A stretch of DNA of 64,000 bases. Source: a bacterium. GTDB lineage: Bacteria > SAR324 > NAC60-12. Of the stretch, positions 1 through 12,424 are shown one piece after another. The stretch covers positions 608,001 through 672,000 of the forward strand of contig CBDBHR010000030.1 of the NCBI GenBank assembly GCA_965205865.1. The letters run 5' to 3'. Each line of letters opens with the position of its first letter. Position 1 is the first letter of the stretch. The notes under the pieces were generated by a model that worked only from the letters and a program-made list of their open reading frames with translations, did no database searches and had not been told where the DNA came from. A program made the translations under genes and the position numbers.

Positions 1-311
1 GGGGCTTTCGGGGTTTCCGAAATTTCAGGAGTTTGCGAAGTTTGCGGGGCTTTCGGGGCTTCCGAAATTTCAGGAGTTTGCAAAGTTTGCGGGGCTTTCG
101 GGGTTTCCGAAATTTCAGGAGTTTGCGAAGTTTGCGGGGCTTCCGAAATTTCAGGAGTTTGCAAAGTTTCCGGGGCTTTCGGGGCTTCCGAAATTTCAGG
201 AGTTTGCAGGAGTTTGCGAAGTTTGCGGGGCTTTCGGGGTTTCCGAAATTTCAGGAGTTTGCGAAGTTTGCGGGGCTTTCGGGGTTTCCGAAATTTCAGG
301 AGTTTGCGAAG
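1..311 (-). repeat. 45-bp tandem repeat (about 7 units, built of 9-bp subunits) at the 3' end of rpoC; runs off the window edge
   Basis: Unit ggggctttcggggtttccgaaatttcaggagtttgcgaagtttgc starts at 1, 46, 91, 136 (36-bp variant), 172 (with an extra 10 bp), 227, 272; the minus strand encodes [15 protein letters not shown]. Confidence 0.95.
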
Positions 312-3300
312 ATTTTGGAATTTTTCGAGTTACTATGATTTCCGGGGCACGTATATAAGAGACGTCTTTAAATCCGGAATAGCCTGTTCCCGCAGGGATC
401 AGTTTCCCCAGAATAACGTTTTCCTTCAAGCCACGGAAGGTGTCGTATTTCCCCCCTAAGGCGGTATCGGTGAGAACCTTCGTGGTCTCTTGAAAAGACG
501 CGGCTGAAATGAAGGAGTCGGTACTCAAAGCGGCCCTGGTGATTCCCAAAAGTACCGGTCTCGAACGCGCCGGTATCATGCCTTTATCAATCATTTCCTG
601 ATTCTTCTGATTGAATTTGCTTCGCGAAACCACTTCTCCAATCAAGAAAGTCGAATCTCCCGAATCTTGAATGAAAACCTGCTTGAGCATTTGGCGGACT
701 ATCACTTCAATGTGTTTGTCATTGATGCCGACGCCTTGCAGACGATAGACTTCCTGCACTTCATCCACCAGATATTTTTGCAGATCTTTGATTCCTTTGA
801 CTGCAAGGATATCATGTGGGTTGGGAGATCCATCGATCAAAGGTTCCCCCGCCCGCACATATTCCCCTTCATGGACAGTGATATGCTTTCCCCGGGGAAT
901 GAGATATTCTTTGGACTCGCCTTTCTCATCTTCGGGTTGAATGATGATTTTTTGTTTCCTTTTTACATCTTTGCCGAAATTGACGATGCCATCGATTTCG
1001 CTGATTACGGCTTGGTCTTTGGGAATGCGAGCTTCGAATAATTCCGCCACTCGAGGCAATCCTCCCGTGATATCTTTGTTTTTCGCCAGTTCTCTTGGAA
1101 TTTTGGCGAGAATATCACCCGCATGAACCTCCTGACCATCTTCTACCACCAACTCGGCCTTGACAGGCAGAGAGAAAACGGCGGGACCGTCATTAGTGTT
1201 TTTTATGGTACGACCACCGCTGTCACGAATCGAAACCTGAGGATGCATGTCGGGATCCGGAGATGCCAGAATCGCGTGCCGTACCAAACCCGTGGCTTCG
1301 TCCACCTGTTCTCTGACGGTTTGTCCTTCAATGATGTCATTGAAACGAATGTATCCCGAAACGTCCGTCAGAATAGGAACGGAGAAGGGATCCCATTCGG
1401 CAATCTGATCACCTTGAGTGACGTTGGCTCCCTGCTCGAATTTGATGATTGCGCCCAGTGGGAGGGGATGTCTTTCTTTTTCCCGTCCATTTTCGTCCAC
1501 AATGATGGCTTCGCCCCGCCGTCCCAAGACCGTCCAGAAGCCCCTCTCATTCTTCACCTCCTTTAAATCTTTGAGGTGTAGAATTCCGCTGAATTTGACA
1601 TCCCACGTGTTTTGTTCCGCACGACGGCTCGCTGTGCCACCAATGTGGAAAGTACGCATGGTGAGTTGGGTTCCGGGTTCTCCGATGCTTTGCGCGGCAA
1701 TCACTCCCGCGGCCTCTCCCATATTGATCAGGGTTCCCCGCGCAAGATCCCGTCCGTAGCATTTTCGACAAATGCCGCGTTCCGTCATGCAAGTCAACAC
1801 GGAACGGATTTTCAACTTTTCGATTCCAGCCCGGTCGATTTTATGCACCACGTCTTCGGTCACTTCCTGACCAGCCCGCACCAGAAAATGGGATTCATCA
1901 TCAGGATCCACCACGTTTTCCAACACAATTCGTCCCAAGATCCGTTCCGAAATCGGTTCAATGACCTCTCCCGATTCAATGAGGGCAGTGATATCGATGC
2001 CATCGAGGGTGCCACAATCTTCTTCCATCACCACGCAGTCCTGCGCCACGTCCACCAGACGGCGGGTAAGGTATCCCGAATTGGCGGTTTTGAGCGCCGT
2101 ATCAGCCAATCCTTTGCGAGCGCCATGAGTGGAAATGAAGTACTGTAAGACGTCCAAGCCCTCACGGAAGTTGGCAGTGATTGGATTCTCGATGATTTCC
2201 CCGGAAGGTTTGGCCATCAGCCCGCGCATGCCGGCCAATTGCTTCATCTGCTGGGCGCTGCCCCGTGCTCCGGAGTCGGCCATCATGAAAATGGAATTGA
2301 CTTTTTGGGTGCCATCCAAATCCACGATTTCTTCCGTCAGGCCTTTTAGCATCTCTTCAGCAATTTTTTCGGTGACGCGTGCCCATATATCGATCACTTG
2401 ATTGTATCGCTCTCCGTCAGTAATCAACCCATCTTGATATTGAGAATTGATTTGATTGACTTTTTGTTGCGCTTCGTTGAGCAAAATACCTTTCAGAGGA
2501 GGGATGACCATGTCTTGCATGCCAATAGAGAATCCTGCATTGGTCGCAAAGGCGTATCCCAGATTTTTTAGTGAATCCAACATTTGGACCGTCTTGACAC
2601 TACCTGCTCTCCGGTAGCAAATATCGACCAGTTCTCCCAATTGTTTCTTATTCAAATGCCGGTTAATCAAGGAAAAGGGCACTTCCTTGGGAATGACTGA
2701 TGCCAGGAGGATTCTACCCACCGTCGTATCGAAAATCTCACCATCGATGCGGACTTTGACTTTTGCCTGCAAATCCACCTTCTTGTGATCATAGGCGATG
2801 CGCACTTCGTCAGGATTGGAAAATATCTTGCCTTCTCCCGCAACGCCGTCACGTTCGCGGGTGATCCAGTAAAGTCCCAATACCATATCCTGATTGGGCG
2901 CCATAACCGGCTTTCCATTAGCAGGCGACAAAATATTGCTGGTGGCCATCATCAGAATTTTCGTTTCCAGTTGAGCTTCCACGGAAAGAGGGATATGCAC
3001 CGCCATTTGGTCGCCATCGAAATCCGCGTTGAATGCGGTACAAACCAAAGGATGAAGTTGGATCGCTTTTCCTTCAATCAGAACGGGTTCAAAGGCCTGG
3101 ATACCCAAGCGGTGCAAAGTGGGGGCGCGATTGAGCAACACCGGATGATCGACTATCACTTCTTCCAGAATCGCCCAGACCGCCGGTGAGCCTTCCTCTA
3201 ATTTCTTTTTTGCCATTTTGATGGTTGGAATCTCGTTGCCATCAATGAGTTTGTGATAGATGAATGGTTTGAACAATTCCAGAGCCATTTTCTTGGGAAG

Positions 3301-4398
3301 TCCACATTGATGAAGCTTCAACTCCGGTCCCACGACAATGACGGTTCTGCCGGAATAATCGACCCGTTTTCCCAACAGATTTTGACGAAAACGTCCCTGT
3401 TTCCCTTTAAGCATATCACTGAGCGACTTCAAGGGGCGTTTATTGGTTCCCATGATCGGACGTCCTCTTCTGCCATTGTCGAAGAGGGCATCGACTGATT
3501 CTTGCAACATCCGTTTTTCATTTTTGATGATAATGTTGGGAGCTCTCAATTCGATCAATCGTTTCAGCCGGTTATTGCGATGAATGACCCGGCGGTACAA
3601 ATCATTGAGATCACTGGTTGCAAAACGGCCTCCTTCCAAGGGAACGAGGGGACGCAACTCTGGTGGCAAAATGGGCAGTATATCGACAATCATGGAATCC
3701 GGCGCATTTCCGGAAAGTTTGAGAGCATTGATGATATTCAATCGTTTGACAATGCGTTTGCGACGCGCTTCGGAGCCGGTTTCTCTCAATTCCCGGTGCA
3801 ACGATTCGCTCAAAGCCATCGGGTCAATGCGCCGGAGAAGCAATCGCACTGATTCAGCGCCCATTCCCAATTCGAGGTCGGAGAATTCTTCCAGCAATTC
3901 CCGGTATTTATCCTCCTCCACTATATCTTTTTCCTTCAAACCGGAAGCGCCGGGTTCCAGGACAATATAAGAATCGAAATAAAGCACGCGTTCCAAATCA
4001 CGTAGCGTCATATCCAACACGGTGCCAATCCGGCTGGGCACGCCTTTCAGAAACCAGACGTGTGAAACCGGAGAGGCAAGCTTGATATGCCCCATTCTTT
4101 CCCGACGGACTTTCGATTGAATCACTTCCACTCCACATTTTTCGCAAGTGATTCCGCGGTGTTTCATCCGCTTGTATTTGCCGCAATTGCATTCATAGTC
4201 ATGGGTTGGCCCAAATATCTTGGCACAAAACAAACCATCACGCTCCGGCTTAAAAGTCCGGTAGTTGATGGTTTCAGAAGTTTTCACTTCCCCGTTCGAC
4301 CAGGACAAGACATCCTCATGGGTAGCAATATTGATCCTGACGGCGGTGTAATCTTTGGGACTCATGGTGAGTTCGAATAAACTTTTTAAAGAAATCAC
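196..4398 (-). CDS. rpoC: DNA-directed RNA polymerase beta' subunit
   Basis: NADFDGD catalytic motif, N-terminal Zn finger, RFATSDLN; start placed at GTG 4398 after GGAG (the ORF-track start at 4530 overlaps rpoB). Confidence 0.98.
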   Translation of the reverse strand: MISLKSLFELTMSPKDYTAVRINIATHEDVLSWSNGEVKTSETINYRTFKPERDGLFCAKIFGPTHDYECNCGKYKRMKHRGITCEKCGVEVIQSKVRRERMGHIKLASPVSHVWFLKGVPSRIGTVLDMTLRDLERVLYFDSYIVLEPGASGLKEKDIVEEDKYRELLEEFSDLELGMGAESVRLLLRRIDPMALSESLHRELRETGSEARRKRIVKRLNIINALKLSGNAPDSMIVDILPILPPELRPLVPLEGGRFATSDLNDLYRRVIHRNNRLKRLIELRAPNIIIKNEKRMLQESVDALFDNGRRGRPIMGTNKRPLKSLSDMLKGKQGRFRQNLLGKRVDYSGRTVIVVGPELKLHQCGLPKKMALELFKPFIYHKLIDGNEIPTIKMAKKKLEEGSPAVWAILEEVIVDHPVLLNRAPTLHRLGIQAFEPVLIEGKAIQLHPLVCTAFNADFDGDQMAVHIPLSVEAQLETKILMMATSNILSPANGKPVMAPNQDMVLGLYWITRERDGVAGEGKIFSNPDEVRIAYDHKKVDLQAKVKVRIDGEIFDTTVGRILLASVIPKEVPFSLINRHLNKKQLGELVDICYRRAGSVKTVQMLDSLKNLGYAFATNAGFSIGMQDMVIPPLKGILLNEAQQKVNQINSQYQDGLITDGERYNQVIDIWARVTEKIAEEMLKGLTEEIVDLDGTQKVNSIFMMADSGARGSAQQMKQLAGMRGLMAKPSGEIIENPITANFREGLDVLQYFISTHGARKGLADTALKTANSGYLTRRLVDVAQDCVVMEEDCGTLDGIDITALIESGEVIEPISERILGRIVLENVVDPDDESHFLVRAGQEVTEDVVHKIDRAGIEKLKIRSVLTCMTERGICRKCYGRDLARGTLINMGEAAGVIAAQSIGEPGTQLTMRTFHIGGTASRRAEQNTWDVKFSGILHLKDLKEVKNERGFWTVLGRRGEAIIVDENGREKERHPLPLGAIIKFEQGANVTQGDQIAEWDPFSVPILTDVSGYIRFNDIIEGQTVREQVDEATGLVRHAILASPDPDMHPQVSIRDSGGRTIKNTNDGPAVFSLPVKAELVVEDGQEVHAGDILAKIPRELAKNKDITGGLPRVAELFEARIPKDQAVISEIDGIVNFGKDVKRKQKIIIQPEDEKGESKEYLIPRGKHITVHEGEYVRAGEPLIDGSPNPHDILAVKGIKDLQKYLVDEVQEVYRLQGVGINDKHIEVIVRQMLKQVFIQDSGDSTFLIGEVVSRSKFNQKNQEMIDKGMIPARSRPVLLGITRAALSTDSFISAASFQETTKVLTDTALGGKYDTFRGLKENVILGKLIPAGTGYSGFKDVSYIRAPEIIVTRKIPKSSQTPEISETPKAPQTSQTPEISETPKAPQTSQTPANS

Positions 4399-4465
4399 GT
4401 TGTTCTCCAACTTAGGGGTGACTCTTAAAATCGAGAGAAGAAACAGCTTCCAAAAAAAACGCTTA

Positions 4466-7400
4466 TCAGAGAACTTCCTCCTCCAATTCATTCTCGGAAG
4501 AAACTGTTTCGACATTTTGTAATAATTCAATATTCAGACACAGGCTTTTGAGTTCACTGATCAAGACCTTGAAGGACTCGGGAATGCCGGTATCCAAATG
4601 CTGGATTCCCTTGATAATCGTTTCGTACATCCGGTTCCGTCCCTGGACATCGTCGGATTTGACAGTCAGCAGTTCCTGCAGCGTGTAAGCTGCCCCGTAG
4701 GCTTCCAATGCCCACACTTCCATTTCTCCAAAACGCTGGCCGCCAAACTGGGCTTTCCCCCCAAGGGGTTGCTGTGTCACCAGGGAATATGGCCCGATAG
4801 AGCGGGCATGGATTTTTTCATCAACCAAATGGTGCAGTTTGAGGATGTATGCGTAACCCACGGTAACTTTCTGACTGAAACGTTCTCCCGTCAAGCCATC
4901 ATACAACCAAATTTGCCCGGATTTCGGAAGTTCCGCCAATTTCATCATGGTGTGGATGTCATCTTCCGTGGCGCCATCAAATACGGGAGTGGCCATATGG
5001 ATGCCGTTGCGACATTTGTGGGCAAACTCGAGAAATTCTTCGTCACTGAGACGGTTGAGATACTTGGTCACTTCAGGAACATTATAAATTTGCTTGAAAA
5101 ACCTTCTCAGTTTGTTGACCGGATGGTTTTTTTCCACAAATTTTTGCACCTTTTCTCCCAATTCGTGGGCAGCCCAACCGAGGTGGGTTTCCAAGACCTG
5201 ACCAACATTCATGCGGGAGGGGACGCCCAGGGGATTCAAGACGATATCAATCGGAGTCCCGTCTTCCTGGAAAGGCATATTTTCTACCGGTTGGATTTTT
5301 GAGACAATCCCTTTGTTTCCATGCCTGCCCGCCATTTTGTCGCCCACCGCCAACTTTCTTTTGGTGGCCAGGTAAACTTTGACCATGCGAATAACCCCCG
5401 GAGGCAATTCGTCACCTTTGGAAATTTTTTCGCATTTGTCTTGATAAATGTTTTCCAGCAAATACATTTGCGAAAGTGCGTTGCCGACCAGAATTTCAAG
5501 CTGCTGATTGCTTTCAGCATTGTCGGTTTTGACCGAATTCCAGTTTTTCAACGGGAGGATTCCCAAATTTTCTTCAGTGATAATAGTTCCCGACGCCAGG
5601 AAGATTTCTCCTTTGGCAACACTGATTTTCCTGGTCAGTTTTTTGTTCTGAATGAGAGGAAGAGCCATTTTGAGCAAATTGCGTCTTACAATTCTCAATT
5701 CATCTTCATGGTCCTTTTTATAGGTTTCCAGCAGTTCCCGTTCGTTTTCCATTGTGCGTTTGTCTCGTTCGACGCCACCACGGTTGAAAACCACCACATC
5801 GATGACAACGCCCTCCACTCCTTGATTGACTCGTAACGACGTATCACGAACATCTCCCGCTTTTTCACCAAAAATGGCGCGGAGCAGCTTTTCTTCGGGA
5901 TTGAGTTGACTCTCGCCTTTGGGAGTGACCTTTCCTACCAGGATATCACCGGGTCTCACATAGTTTCCCACGCGCACAATGCCGCTATCATCGAGCTGCG
6001 CAAGCGCTTCTTCACCGACATTGGGAATATCACGCGTGATTTCCTCCTTACCCAGTTTCATATCTCGGGCTACCATGTCAAAAATATCGATATGGACCGA
6101 GGTGAAGCGATCTTTATGCAGCAGCTTTTCGGAAACCAGAATGGAATCCTCGAAATTGTAACCATTCCATGGCATGAAAGCGATCATGATATTTTGCCCG
6201 AGGGCCAATTCACCGTTGTCGCAACTGGAGCCATCCGCAATGATATCTCCGGCAGAAACCCGCTCTCCTTTCGTCACCAGGGGACGCTGGTTGATACAAG
6301 TATTCTGGTTGGATCGTCGATATTTGGTGAGATGATAAATATCGACATTGGCCGGCACGACGGAACCTTCTTTGGAAAGGTCGACGTCCGCTTGAATCAC
6401 AAGCCTTCCGGCATCCACGCTATCAACGATGCCGGATCGTTTTGCCACCACGCATGCCCCGGAGTCCAAGGCGGTCTGATATTCGACGCCTGTCCCGACA
6501 AGAGGCGCTTCGGAACGAATGAGGGGCACTCCCTGACGTTGCATGTTGGAACCCATCAAAGCCCGGTTGGCATCATCGTGTTCCAGAAAGGGAATGAGGG
6601 ATGCCGCCACCGAAACCAATTGACAGGGAGCCACGTCGATAAAGTGGACGTCGTTTTTGGGAACCATGCCATATTCCCCGCCTTTTCGAATTGAAACAAA
6701 TTCTTCAACGAATTCTTTTTTTGCGGTCAATTGGGCATTGGCTTGCGCAATATTGACCGCATCTTCTTCGATGGCGGAGAAAAACCTGACCTCGTTGGTA
6801 ACTTTTCCCTCTTTGACCCGGCAATAAGGGGTTTCAATGAAACCAAAGCGATTGATGCGGCCGTGAGTGGCTAAGGACGCAATCAATCCGATGTTAGGAC
6901 CTTCCGGCGTTTCAATGGGACAAATGCGCCCATAATGGGAAGAGTGCACGTCTCGCACATCAAAGCCGGCTCTTTCCCGGGTCAAACCTCCCGGTCCCAG
7001 CGCACTCAGTCGTCGTTTGTGCGTGATTTCCGAGAGGGGATTGGTCTGGTCCATGAATTGAGACAACTGGCTGCTACTGAAAAATTCATGGATGGCCGCA
7101 GCCACCGGTTTGGCATTGACGATATCATGGAGCATCATGGTTTCGGTATCTTGCAGACTCATTCTTTCTTTAATTGCCCGCTCCATATGAACCAGCCCTA
7201 TACGGAATTGATTTTCCAACAATTCTCCCACGCTACGAATTCTGCGATTGCCCAGGTGGTCGATGTCGTCGATGGCGCCCTGACCTTCTTTGAGCAACAA
7301 AAGGTATCGTACGGAGCCAAGGATATCTTCATGAGTGAGGGTCGATTGATCAAGGGGATAATCCAATTGCAGCTTCTTGTTGAGCTTCAAGCGTCCTACT

Positions 7401-8653
7401 TTCGACAGGCTGTAACGCGCAGGATTGAAAAAGAAATTTGTTATCAAGGTATTGGCAGCCTCCAAAGTGGGAGGATCGCCGGGTTTCAGTTTTTTATACA
7501 ATTCGATCAATGCGGCATCCGGAGAAGTGATTTGATCGATAGCCAGCGTGTCCCTCAGACAAGAGCTGATCGTTTTGGCGGCAATGTGCAGGACTTCGAC
7601 TATTTCTACTTTGTGAGCAAGCAATTTTTCTAATATTGCTTCATCGATAAGGCTGTTGCATGCCAACAACAGTTCCCCTCTTTCGCCATAAATATCACGA
7701 GCCGCATATTTTCCTTGCGCATCCTCCCGGGTGATCTTGATTTGCTCGATTCCGGCTTTTTTCATGCGTTGCACGAGTTTCTCGGTGAATTTTCGCCCGA
7801 CTTTCACCAAGGTTTCCCCGCTTTGAGGATCCTGGATTTCGTGGGCAGCCCGCTGGTTGACGGTTACCAGAGGATCGACGTATTTAAAAAACTCTTGCTT
7901 CCCGCGGTCCCCTGTATGATGGGCATTCCGTAAATCGATTTTTTCGAATTGATAAAACGATTCCAGGATTTGTTCCGTCGTGTACCCCAAGGCTCTCAAG
8001 AGTATGGTGGCGGGAAATTTCCGGCGACGATCGATACGGACATAGAGGATGTCTTTGGTATCAAATTCGAAATCGAGCCAAGAACCCCGTTGTGGGATAA
8101 TGCGGGCGGAATAAAAATTCTTCCCTCCCGTGTTGACTTTTGTCTTATCCAGAGAGAAAAAAAGTCCCGGACTCTTATGCATCTGACTGACGATGACCCG
8201 TTCCGTTCCGTTGATGATGAACGAACCAGTGGGTGTCATGAGGGGAATATCTCCCAGATAAATATCCTGTTCCTTAATGTCATGAATGTGCTTTACTTCG
8301 GAAACATTGTCCTTTTCCCAAACGATCAACCGTAAGGCGGCACGCAGTGGCGCAGCATAGGTTACCCCCCGAATCCGACACTCTTCCACCAAATATTTGG
8401 ATTCTCCGAGCCGGTAATGCACATATTCCAGGGTGGAAGAGCCGCTAAAATCTGAAATCGGAAAGACCGAGCAGAAAACAGCTTGCAGCCCTTCTTCCTC
8501 GCGCTGGTCGGGCGGAGTGTTTTTTTGTAGGAAACGTTCGTAGGAATCCAGTTGGATTTTCAATAAATTAGGCACTCCGATTGGCGCCTCGATACGACCA
8601 AAAGAACGCCTGATGCGATGACGATTGCTCAAGTCGGTTGACATAACGCTCAC
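4466..8653 (-). CDS. rpoB: DNA-directed RNA polymerase beta subunit
   Basis: [31 protein letters not shown] and [26 protein letters not shown] motifs. Confidence 0.99.
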   Translation of the reverse strand: MSVMSTDLSNRHRIRRSFGRIEAPIGVPNLLKIQLDSYERFLQKNTPPDQREEEGLQAVFCSVFPISDFSGSSTLEYVHYRLGESKYLVEECRIRGVTYAAPLRAALRLIVWEKDNVSEVKHIHDIKEQDIYLGDIPLMTPTGSFIINGTERVIVSQMHKSPGLFFSLDKTKVNTGGKNFYSARIIPQRGSWLDFEFDTKDILYVRIDRRRKFPATILLRALGYTTEQILESFYQFEKIDLRNAHHTGDRGKQEFFKYVDPLVTVNQRAAHEIQDPQSGETLVKVGRKFTEKLVQRMKKAGIEQIKITREDAQGKYAARDIYGERGELLLACNSLIDEAILEKLLAHKVEIVEVLHIAAKTISSCLRDTLAIDQITSPDAALIELYKKLKPGDPPTLEAANTLITNFFFNPARYSLSKVGRLKLNKKLQLDYPLDQSTLTHEDILGSVRYLLLLKEGQGAIDDIDHLGNRRIRSVGELLENQFRIGLVHMERAIKERMSLQDTETMMLHDIVNAKPVAAAIHEFFSSSQLSQFMDQTNPLSEITHKRRLSALGPGGLTRERAGFDVRDVHSSHYGRICPIETPEGPNIGLIASLATHGRINRFGFIETPYCRVKEGKVTNEVRFFSAIEEDAVNIAQANAQLTAKKEFVEEFVSIRKGGEYGMVPKNDVHFIDVAPCQLVSVAASLIPFLEHDDANRALMGSNMQRQGVPLIRSEAPLVGTGVEYQTALDSGACVVAKRSGIVDSVDAGRLVIQADVDLSKEGSVVPANVDIYHLTKYRRSNQNTCINQRPLVTKGERVSAGDIIADGSSCDNGELALGQNIMIAFMPWNGYNFEDSILVSEKLLHKDRFTSVHIDIFDMVARDMKLGKEEITRDIPNVGEEALAQLDDSGIVRVGNYVRPGDILVGKVTPKGESQLNPEEKLLRAIFGEKAGDVRDTSLRVNQGVEGVVIDVVVFNRGGVERDKRTMENERELLETYKKDHEDELRIVRRNLLKMALPLIQNKKLTRKISVAKGEIFLASGTIITEENLGILPLKNWNSVKTDNAESNQQLEILVGNALSQMYLLENIYQDKCEKISKGDELPPGVIRMVKVYLATKRKLAVGDKMAGRHGNKGIVSKIQPVENMPFQEDGTPIDIVLNPLGVPSRMNVGQVLETHLGWAAHELGEKVQKFVEKNHPVNKLRRFFKQIYNVPEVTKYLNRLSDEEFLEFAHKCRNGIHMATPVFDGATEDDIHTMMKLAELPKSGQIWLYDGLTGERFSQKVTVGYAYILKLHHLVDEKIHARSIGPYSLVTQQPLGGKAQFGGQRFGEMEVWALEAYGAAYTLQELLTVKSDDVQGRNRMYETIIKGIQHLDTGIPESFKVLISELKSLCLNIELLQNVETVSSENELEEEVL

Positions 8654-8660
8654 TTTGCTG

Positions 8661-8723
8661 AATGATTACCAAATCATTGCGTCGCAGCGTATTCTCCACT
8701 CGATGTATACGATGCGACACAAT
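8661..8723 (-). promoter_or_regulatory. Overlapping hairpins in the rpoB 5' leader
   Basis: Minus strand ATTGTGTCGCATCGTAT pairs with ATACGCTGCGACGCAAT (one G-U, one mismatch); small hairpin AATGATT/AATCATT at 8661-8678 overlaps it. Confidence 0.5.
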
Positions 8724-8948
8724 CATGTTTTAACTGAATTTGTTTTCGTAACCCAAAATCCTTGAAAAAATTCCGGATTTCAAAGTATGTATTTGTTTAA
8801 ACGTCGTAAAAAAATTCGAGAACTTCTTAGACTGCGCGCAAGAAGACATCTCCGGCGTAAGAAATAGTGACAAGGAGGGAAAAATGGATGAAGCAAAACT
8901 CATACGGTTTATTCATCACTCGAATGAAATTGTGAGGTAAAGTCTGGA

Positions 8949-8976
8949 ATAGTAACATAAATTTTTGAAGAGGCAA
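8949..8976 (-). promoter_or_regulatory. Putative sigma70 promoter for rpoBC
   Basis: TTGCCT-16 nt-TACTAT with TG extension on the minus strand, about 300 bp upstream of rpoB. Confidence 0.45.
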
Positions 8977-9139
8977 GAAAATAAGAAACGTTGTCCGGGA
9001 TTTTTTAAAAAAAATGGGACCCCAGGCTGCGGTATTAAAAAAAGACTGCTGAGCACAAAGAATTGCTTGCGCTTATCTGCCACAGGTATTAGAAGACATG
9101 ACAATTTTTCTTAAGAAACAAGAGTCGTGAGTTCGTATT

Positions 9140-9217
9140 TCATCCCGGACTCGATCCGGAATCCGGTCTGCGCAAACCCTTGAAAAACTCCGGATTCCCG
9201 ATTTCGCAAGAATGGCA
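9140..9217. repeat. REP/RPE-like palindromic element (degenerate)
   Basis: tcatcccggactcgatccggaatccgg...ccggattcccgatttcgcaagaatggca, same layout as the element at 30463-30540. Confidence 0.55.
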
Positions 9218-9385
9218 AAGCGTTCCAAGCAGCCTTAATAATTGAATGACTTACGAGAACTTACAACTGTCGAGTCAAGAAAAGAAAAACGACAAATTTG
9301 TTACAATCCGGGTATTGATCAAATGTTTGCTAAAGTTCACATCATTTCGTCCTTCATCTGTCTGCATTGCTGCAAGCAGTTTCGT

Positions 9386-9754
9386 ATGGAAATCGGACTG
9401 TTGGAAAATTTCGTCTTTGGTTTGCGGGATATGACTTTTGAAGAAGTGATGGACGAATTTCCGGAGGTAATGGAAGAGATGGAAAGGGATGAATTTCAAA
9501 AATCGGTATTCAGCCGATTCATTTTTGAACATGGACCCCATGACGTGCGATTTCTTTATACGCCTGTAGATCATATGTCACGAATCGTAGAAATGCGAGC
9601 AGGTCATTATAAGCAGGTGATCAGCTTATACCAACAATATCAAGCAGTGGGACGCAGTGTTAAAAATGCGCTGCAACAGTCCGGAATTTTTCATCCTCCG
9701 ACTTTGAAAAATAAAGAGAATCGATTTTATTGGGAGGGGAAGAAAAAAAGATAA
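9386..9754 (+). CDS. Hypothetical protein
   Basis: ORF with protein-like composition in otherwise intergenic space; start uncertain. Confidence 0.55.
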   Translation: MEIGLLENFVFGLRDMTFEEVMDEFPEVMEEMERDEFQKSVFSRFIFEHGPHDVRFLYTPVDHMSRIVEMRAGHYKQVISLYQQYQAVGRSVKNALQQSGIFHPPTLKNKENRFYWEGKKKR

Positions 9755-9821
9755 TCGATTTTTGGCGGATTCGCATGGCTTTCAATCCCCTGGCCAAACC
9801 GGCAAGCAAGGTTTCGAGATT

Positions 9822-10655
9822 TCAGATTCCCAGCGGATAGACAAGAAACAGACTGTTTCTTTCGACCCAGCCTTTTTGGGTAGGCTCGAACCGGATTTTG
9901 ATCCATTGCTCCATTTCCTCTTCAATGGTCACTTCCGTTCCCGCGTGTAGCCGAAAAAGAACCGTGGATTGTCTGTGAGGGGCTGAAAAAACCACACTTT
10001 CTTGCGGCAGAATCGTTGCGGTGGGAAGAGGCGCCCACCATTTGATTAAGAGCCCGACGAATAACAACAAAGTCAATCCTCCGGAGAGAAACACTAACCA
10101 GGAAAGGATTTCCCTGCGGTAAAAAAGCCGGACCAACGCTCCTCCCCAAAAGGTTCCACTGGCTACCACAAGCAACAAAAACCACTCTTGGAGAGTCATG
10201 GGACTACTCCATTCCCGAAAAACTTCTCTCCAGGACGATCCTGGATTTTCCCGGCGATCTATTGTTTGCAGGCGGGCATAATTCAGGTTCGCAATCAGAT
10301 CTTCGTGACGCGGTAGATACTGGAAAGCCAGCAAGTAATAGCCAATGGCTTTACCCATATCGTTCAAACGGAAATAAGCGTTACCCAAATTATAGTATAG
10401 ATGGCCGTTGATATGTCCCCTGGCAAGCAAGGTTTCATAAGACGTCACTGCCTGCAAAAAGCGTTGTTCCCGATAAGCTTGATTGGCGGCAACCCAAACA
10501 GAAATACTCTGCTGTTCCTGAGCTTGCCCTTTTTGCGGAAAACTGCTCATGTTCACGAGCGCTCCAATGCCTGCGAGGATTGCCAGGTATTTCAAAGAGG
10601 GAAATGTTTTGAGAAAGGAAAGGGTTTGAGGCAACCGGAGAAGGGGTACTATCAT
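9822..10655 (-). CDS. BatE-like TPR + membrane + SH3 protein
   Basis: TPR motif YYNLGNAYFRL, two hydrophobic helices, C-terminal SH3-like FRLHAGTEV..WIKI..GWV; coupled to the BatD-like gene. Confidence 0.8.
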   Translation of the reverse strand: MIVPLLRLPQTLSFLKTFPSLKYLAILAGIGALVNMSSFPQKGQAQEQQSISVWVAANQAYREQRFLQAVTSYETLLARGHINGHLYYNLGNAYFRLNDMGKAIGYYLLAFQYLPRHEDLIANLNYARLQTIDRRENPGSSWREVFREWSSPMTLQEWFLLLVVASGTFWGGALVRLFYRREILSWLVFLSGGLTLLLFVGLLIKWWAPLPTATILPQESVVFSAPHRQSTVLFRLHAGTEVTIEEEMEQWIKIRFEPTQKGWVERNSLFLVYPLGI

Positions 10656-12421
10656 TTCAATTGTGTTTCCAGATGTTTTACGATTTCCTGGCCGGACCGG
10701 TAAATTTGTTCTTTGCCATCTTCGGCAAGAGAGCTTGCCGCATATTGGGTCATTTCACAACGCTCGAGTAGATCATTCCATTGCTGAATCAATTCCGCAT
10801 CCATATCCTTGGTTGACAGCCACTTGCTGATTTCCCGGGAGGTGAGCGCTTCTCCGTTTTTACCGGTCTTGTCCCCTACATAATTCTTCAATGCCTGCAT
10901 TAAAGCTTCGGCAAATATTTGATTGTCCGGCATCTTTTCGTAAAGCTGCTTGACGGTTTTTCGAAAAGTGGGAAATGCCTGCTGACTGCGGATCTTGTCT
11001 TGATTGACCGTCGAGCGTTCGATCTTCCATTTCCATAACCATCCTCCTGCAAATCCCAAAGGTGCCAGGAAAAATAGGGAGCCATATATCAGTAATCCTG
11101 TCACTCCCCATTTGCTGTTTTGCAACGCCGCGATATCCTGATGGACCGGGAGGAGGTCTTCCCCCAGTCGTTTCACAACGTGTTTTTGGGCCTGAGGCGC
11201 AGTTCCACCAACTGCTCTCAGTTCTTGCGCCTCCCCCGCAATCACGGAGATAGGAGGAATGTCTGCTCGCGCTGTTTCAAATGATTGGGTCTGCGGATTG
11301 AAAAAGGAAATCGAAAGAGGAGGGAACGCAATCGTTCCTGTTTTGTGAGGAACTAGGGCCATTACAAAGACAGCCTTGCCAATTTGACGATTCCCTTCCA
11401 ATTCGTTGTGAACAATTGGTTGGTCTTCGTAAATTTTCAGGTTCTCCTCCAGGCTTATTTCAGGTTTTTGAATCATCTCGGGAGGCCCGCTTCCGCTGAT
11501 AGTGATCGTCAATGTTGCGGATTCCCCTACTTTGATTGCAGCTTGGGAGAGATTGGCTTGAATATCAAACTCTCCGACCAAACCATAAAAACCTTCGGGT
11601 TGGCTATTAGCGGGGATTGGTAAAACGTCAAGGCTCAAGGGTTTCGTTCGCAGTTGGAAAGACTGGAGTTGTCCGCCAAGAATCGAATTTCGGAGATTTT
11701 TATAGACGGAATCCTTCTGTGACGCCTCGACCAGCCGCTGTCCGTCCAAGGTGGCAGGAGGTAAGTCGAATTTTCCCGTTTTATGAGGAAAAAGGATCAG
11801 TTGAACCGTATAAATTTCGAAGAGCAGTCCCCCCATATTTTTAATCACCGACTCTTTCTGGGCCGATTCTTTCACCTGAAAGGCGCTGAAGTCCGGACGC
11901 CTGAAATTCAGATTCCTCACTTGCAACCCCTGGCGGATATACAATTCGAAGGTGTAGAGCAACTGCTGACCCGGATAAGCGTGGGAGAGGGAAAGGAATT
12001 GATTGACAAAGGCCAGTTTCTGCTCCAGCGGAGTTTCGGAGACTTGGGATACATGCAGGTGAATGGGTTCGCTCCGATATTGCCGGCCTTCGATGTTGAT
12101 GGAAACGGCCGGGATGGTCAATCGCCCCGTCTTAAGAGGAATGAGGTGATAATTGAAATCGATTTGGGAACTCGTTTCGCCATTGATCCACTGGGTTTGG
12201 GAAGATTGCCCCAGATATTGGATCCGGAAATCCGGTGAGGACGGTACTTGGGGACGGGTGGCATTGTTATAGTTATTGACAGTGAGAGTGAGTTGGAAAT
12301 AATCCTCGATGGATCCCCGGGTTTTATCAACGGAAGCAATGAATTCTACCGCATGGACCAGGGGTTGGCATAGCAGTCCAACCAGAATGAGAGGGAGCAT
12401 CAGTAAGAGACGACGTTGCAT
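10652..12421 (-). CDS. BatD family protein
   Basis: Signal peptide, ASVDK..FQLTLTV repeat domains, SFFNP motif, C-terminal TM and CEMTQYA tail. Confidence 0.8.
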   Translation of the reverse strand: MQRRLLLMLPLILVGLLCQPLVHAVEFIASVDKTRGSIEDYFQLTLTVNNYNNATRPQVPSSPDFRIQYLGQSSQTQWINGETSSQIDFNYHLIPLKTGRLTIPAVSINIEGRQYRSEPIHLHVSQVSETPLEQKLAFVNQFLSLSHAYPGQQLLYTFELYIRQGLQVRNLNFRRPDFSAFQVKESAQKESVIKNMGGLLFEIYTVQLILFPHKTGKFDLPPATLDGQRLVEASQKDSVYKNLRNSILGGQLQSFQLRTKPLSLDVLPIPANSQPEGFYGLVGEFDIQANLSQAAIKVGESATLTITISGSGPPEMIQKPEISLEENLKIYEDQPIVHNELEGNRQIGKAVFVMALVPHKTGTIAFPPLSISFFNPQTQSFETARADIPPISVIAGEAQELRAVGGTAPQAQKHVVKRLGEDLLPVHQDIAALQNSKWGVTGLLIYGSLFFLAPLGFAGGWLWKWKIERSTVNQDKIRSQQAFPTFRKTVKQLYEKMPDNQIFAEALMQALKNYVGDKTGKNGEALTSREISKWLSTKDMDAELIQQWNDLLERCEMTQYAASSLAEDGKEQIYRSGQEIVKHLETQLK

Positions 12422-12424
12422 ATC

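Noticed and set aside
1-311. Possible CRISPR array
   Set aside because: Contiguous repeats with no unique spacers and no cas genes
33-459. Plus-strand ORFs 33-338 and 214-459
   Set aside because: Antisense translations of the rpoC tandem repeat
667-8335. Many plus-strand ORFs of 60-260 aa opposite rpoBC (and similar ones opposite other genes)
   Set aside because: Shadow ORFs with no recognisable motifs
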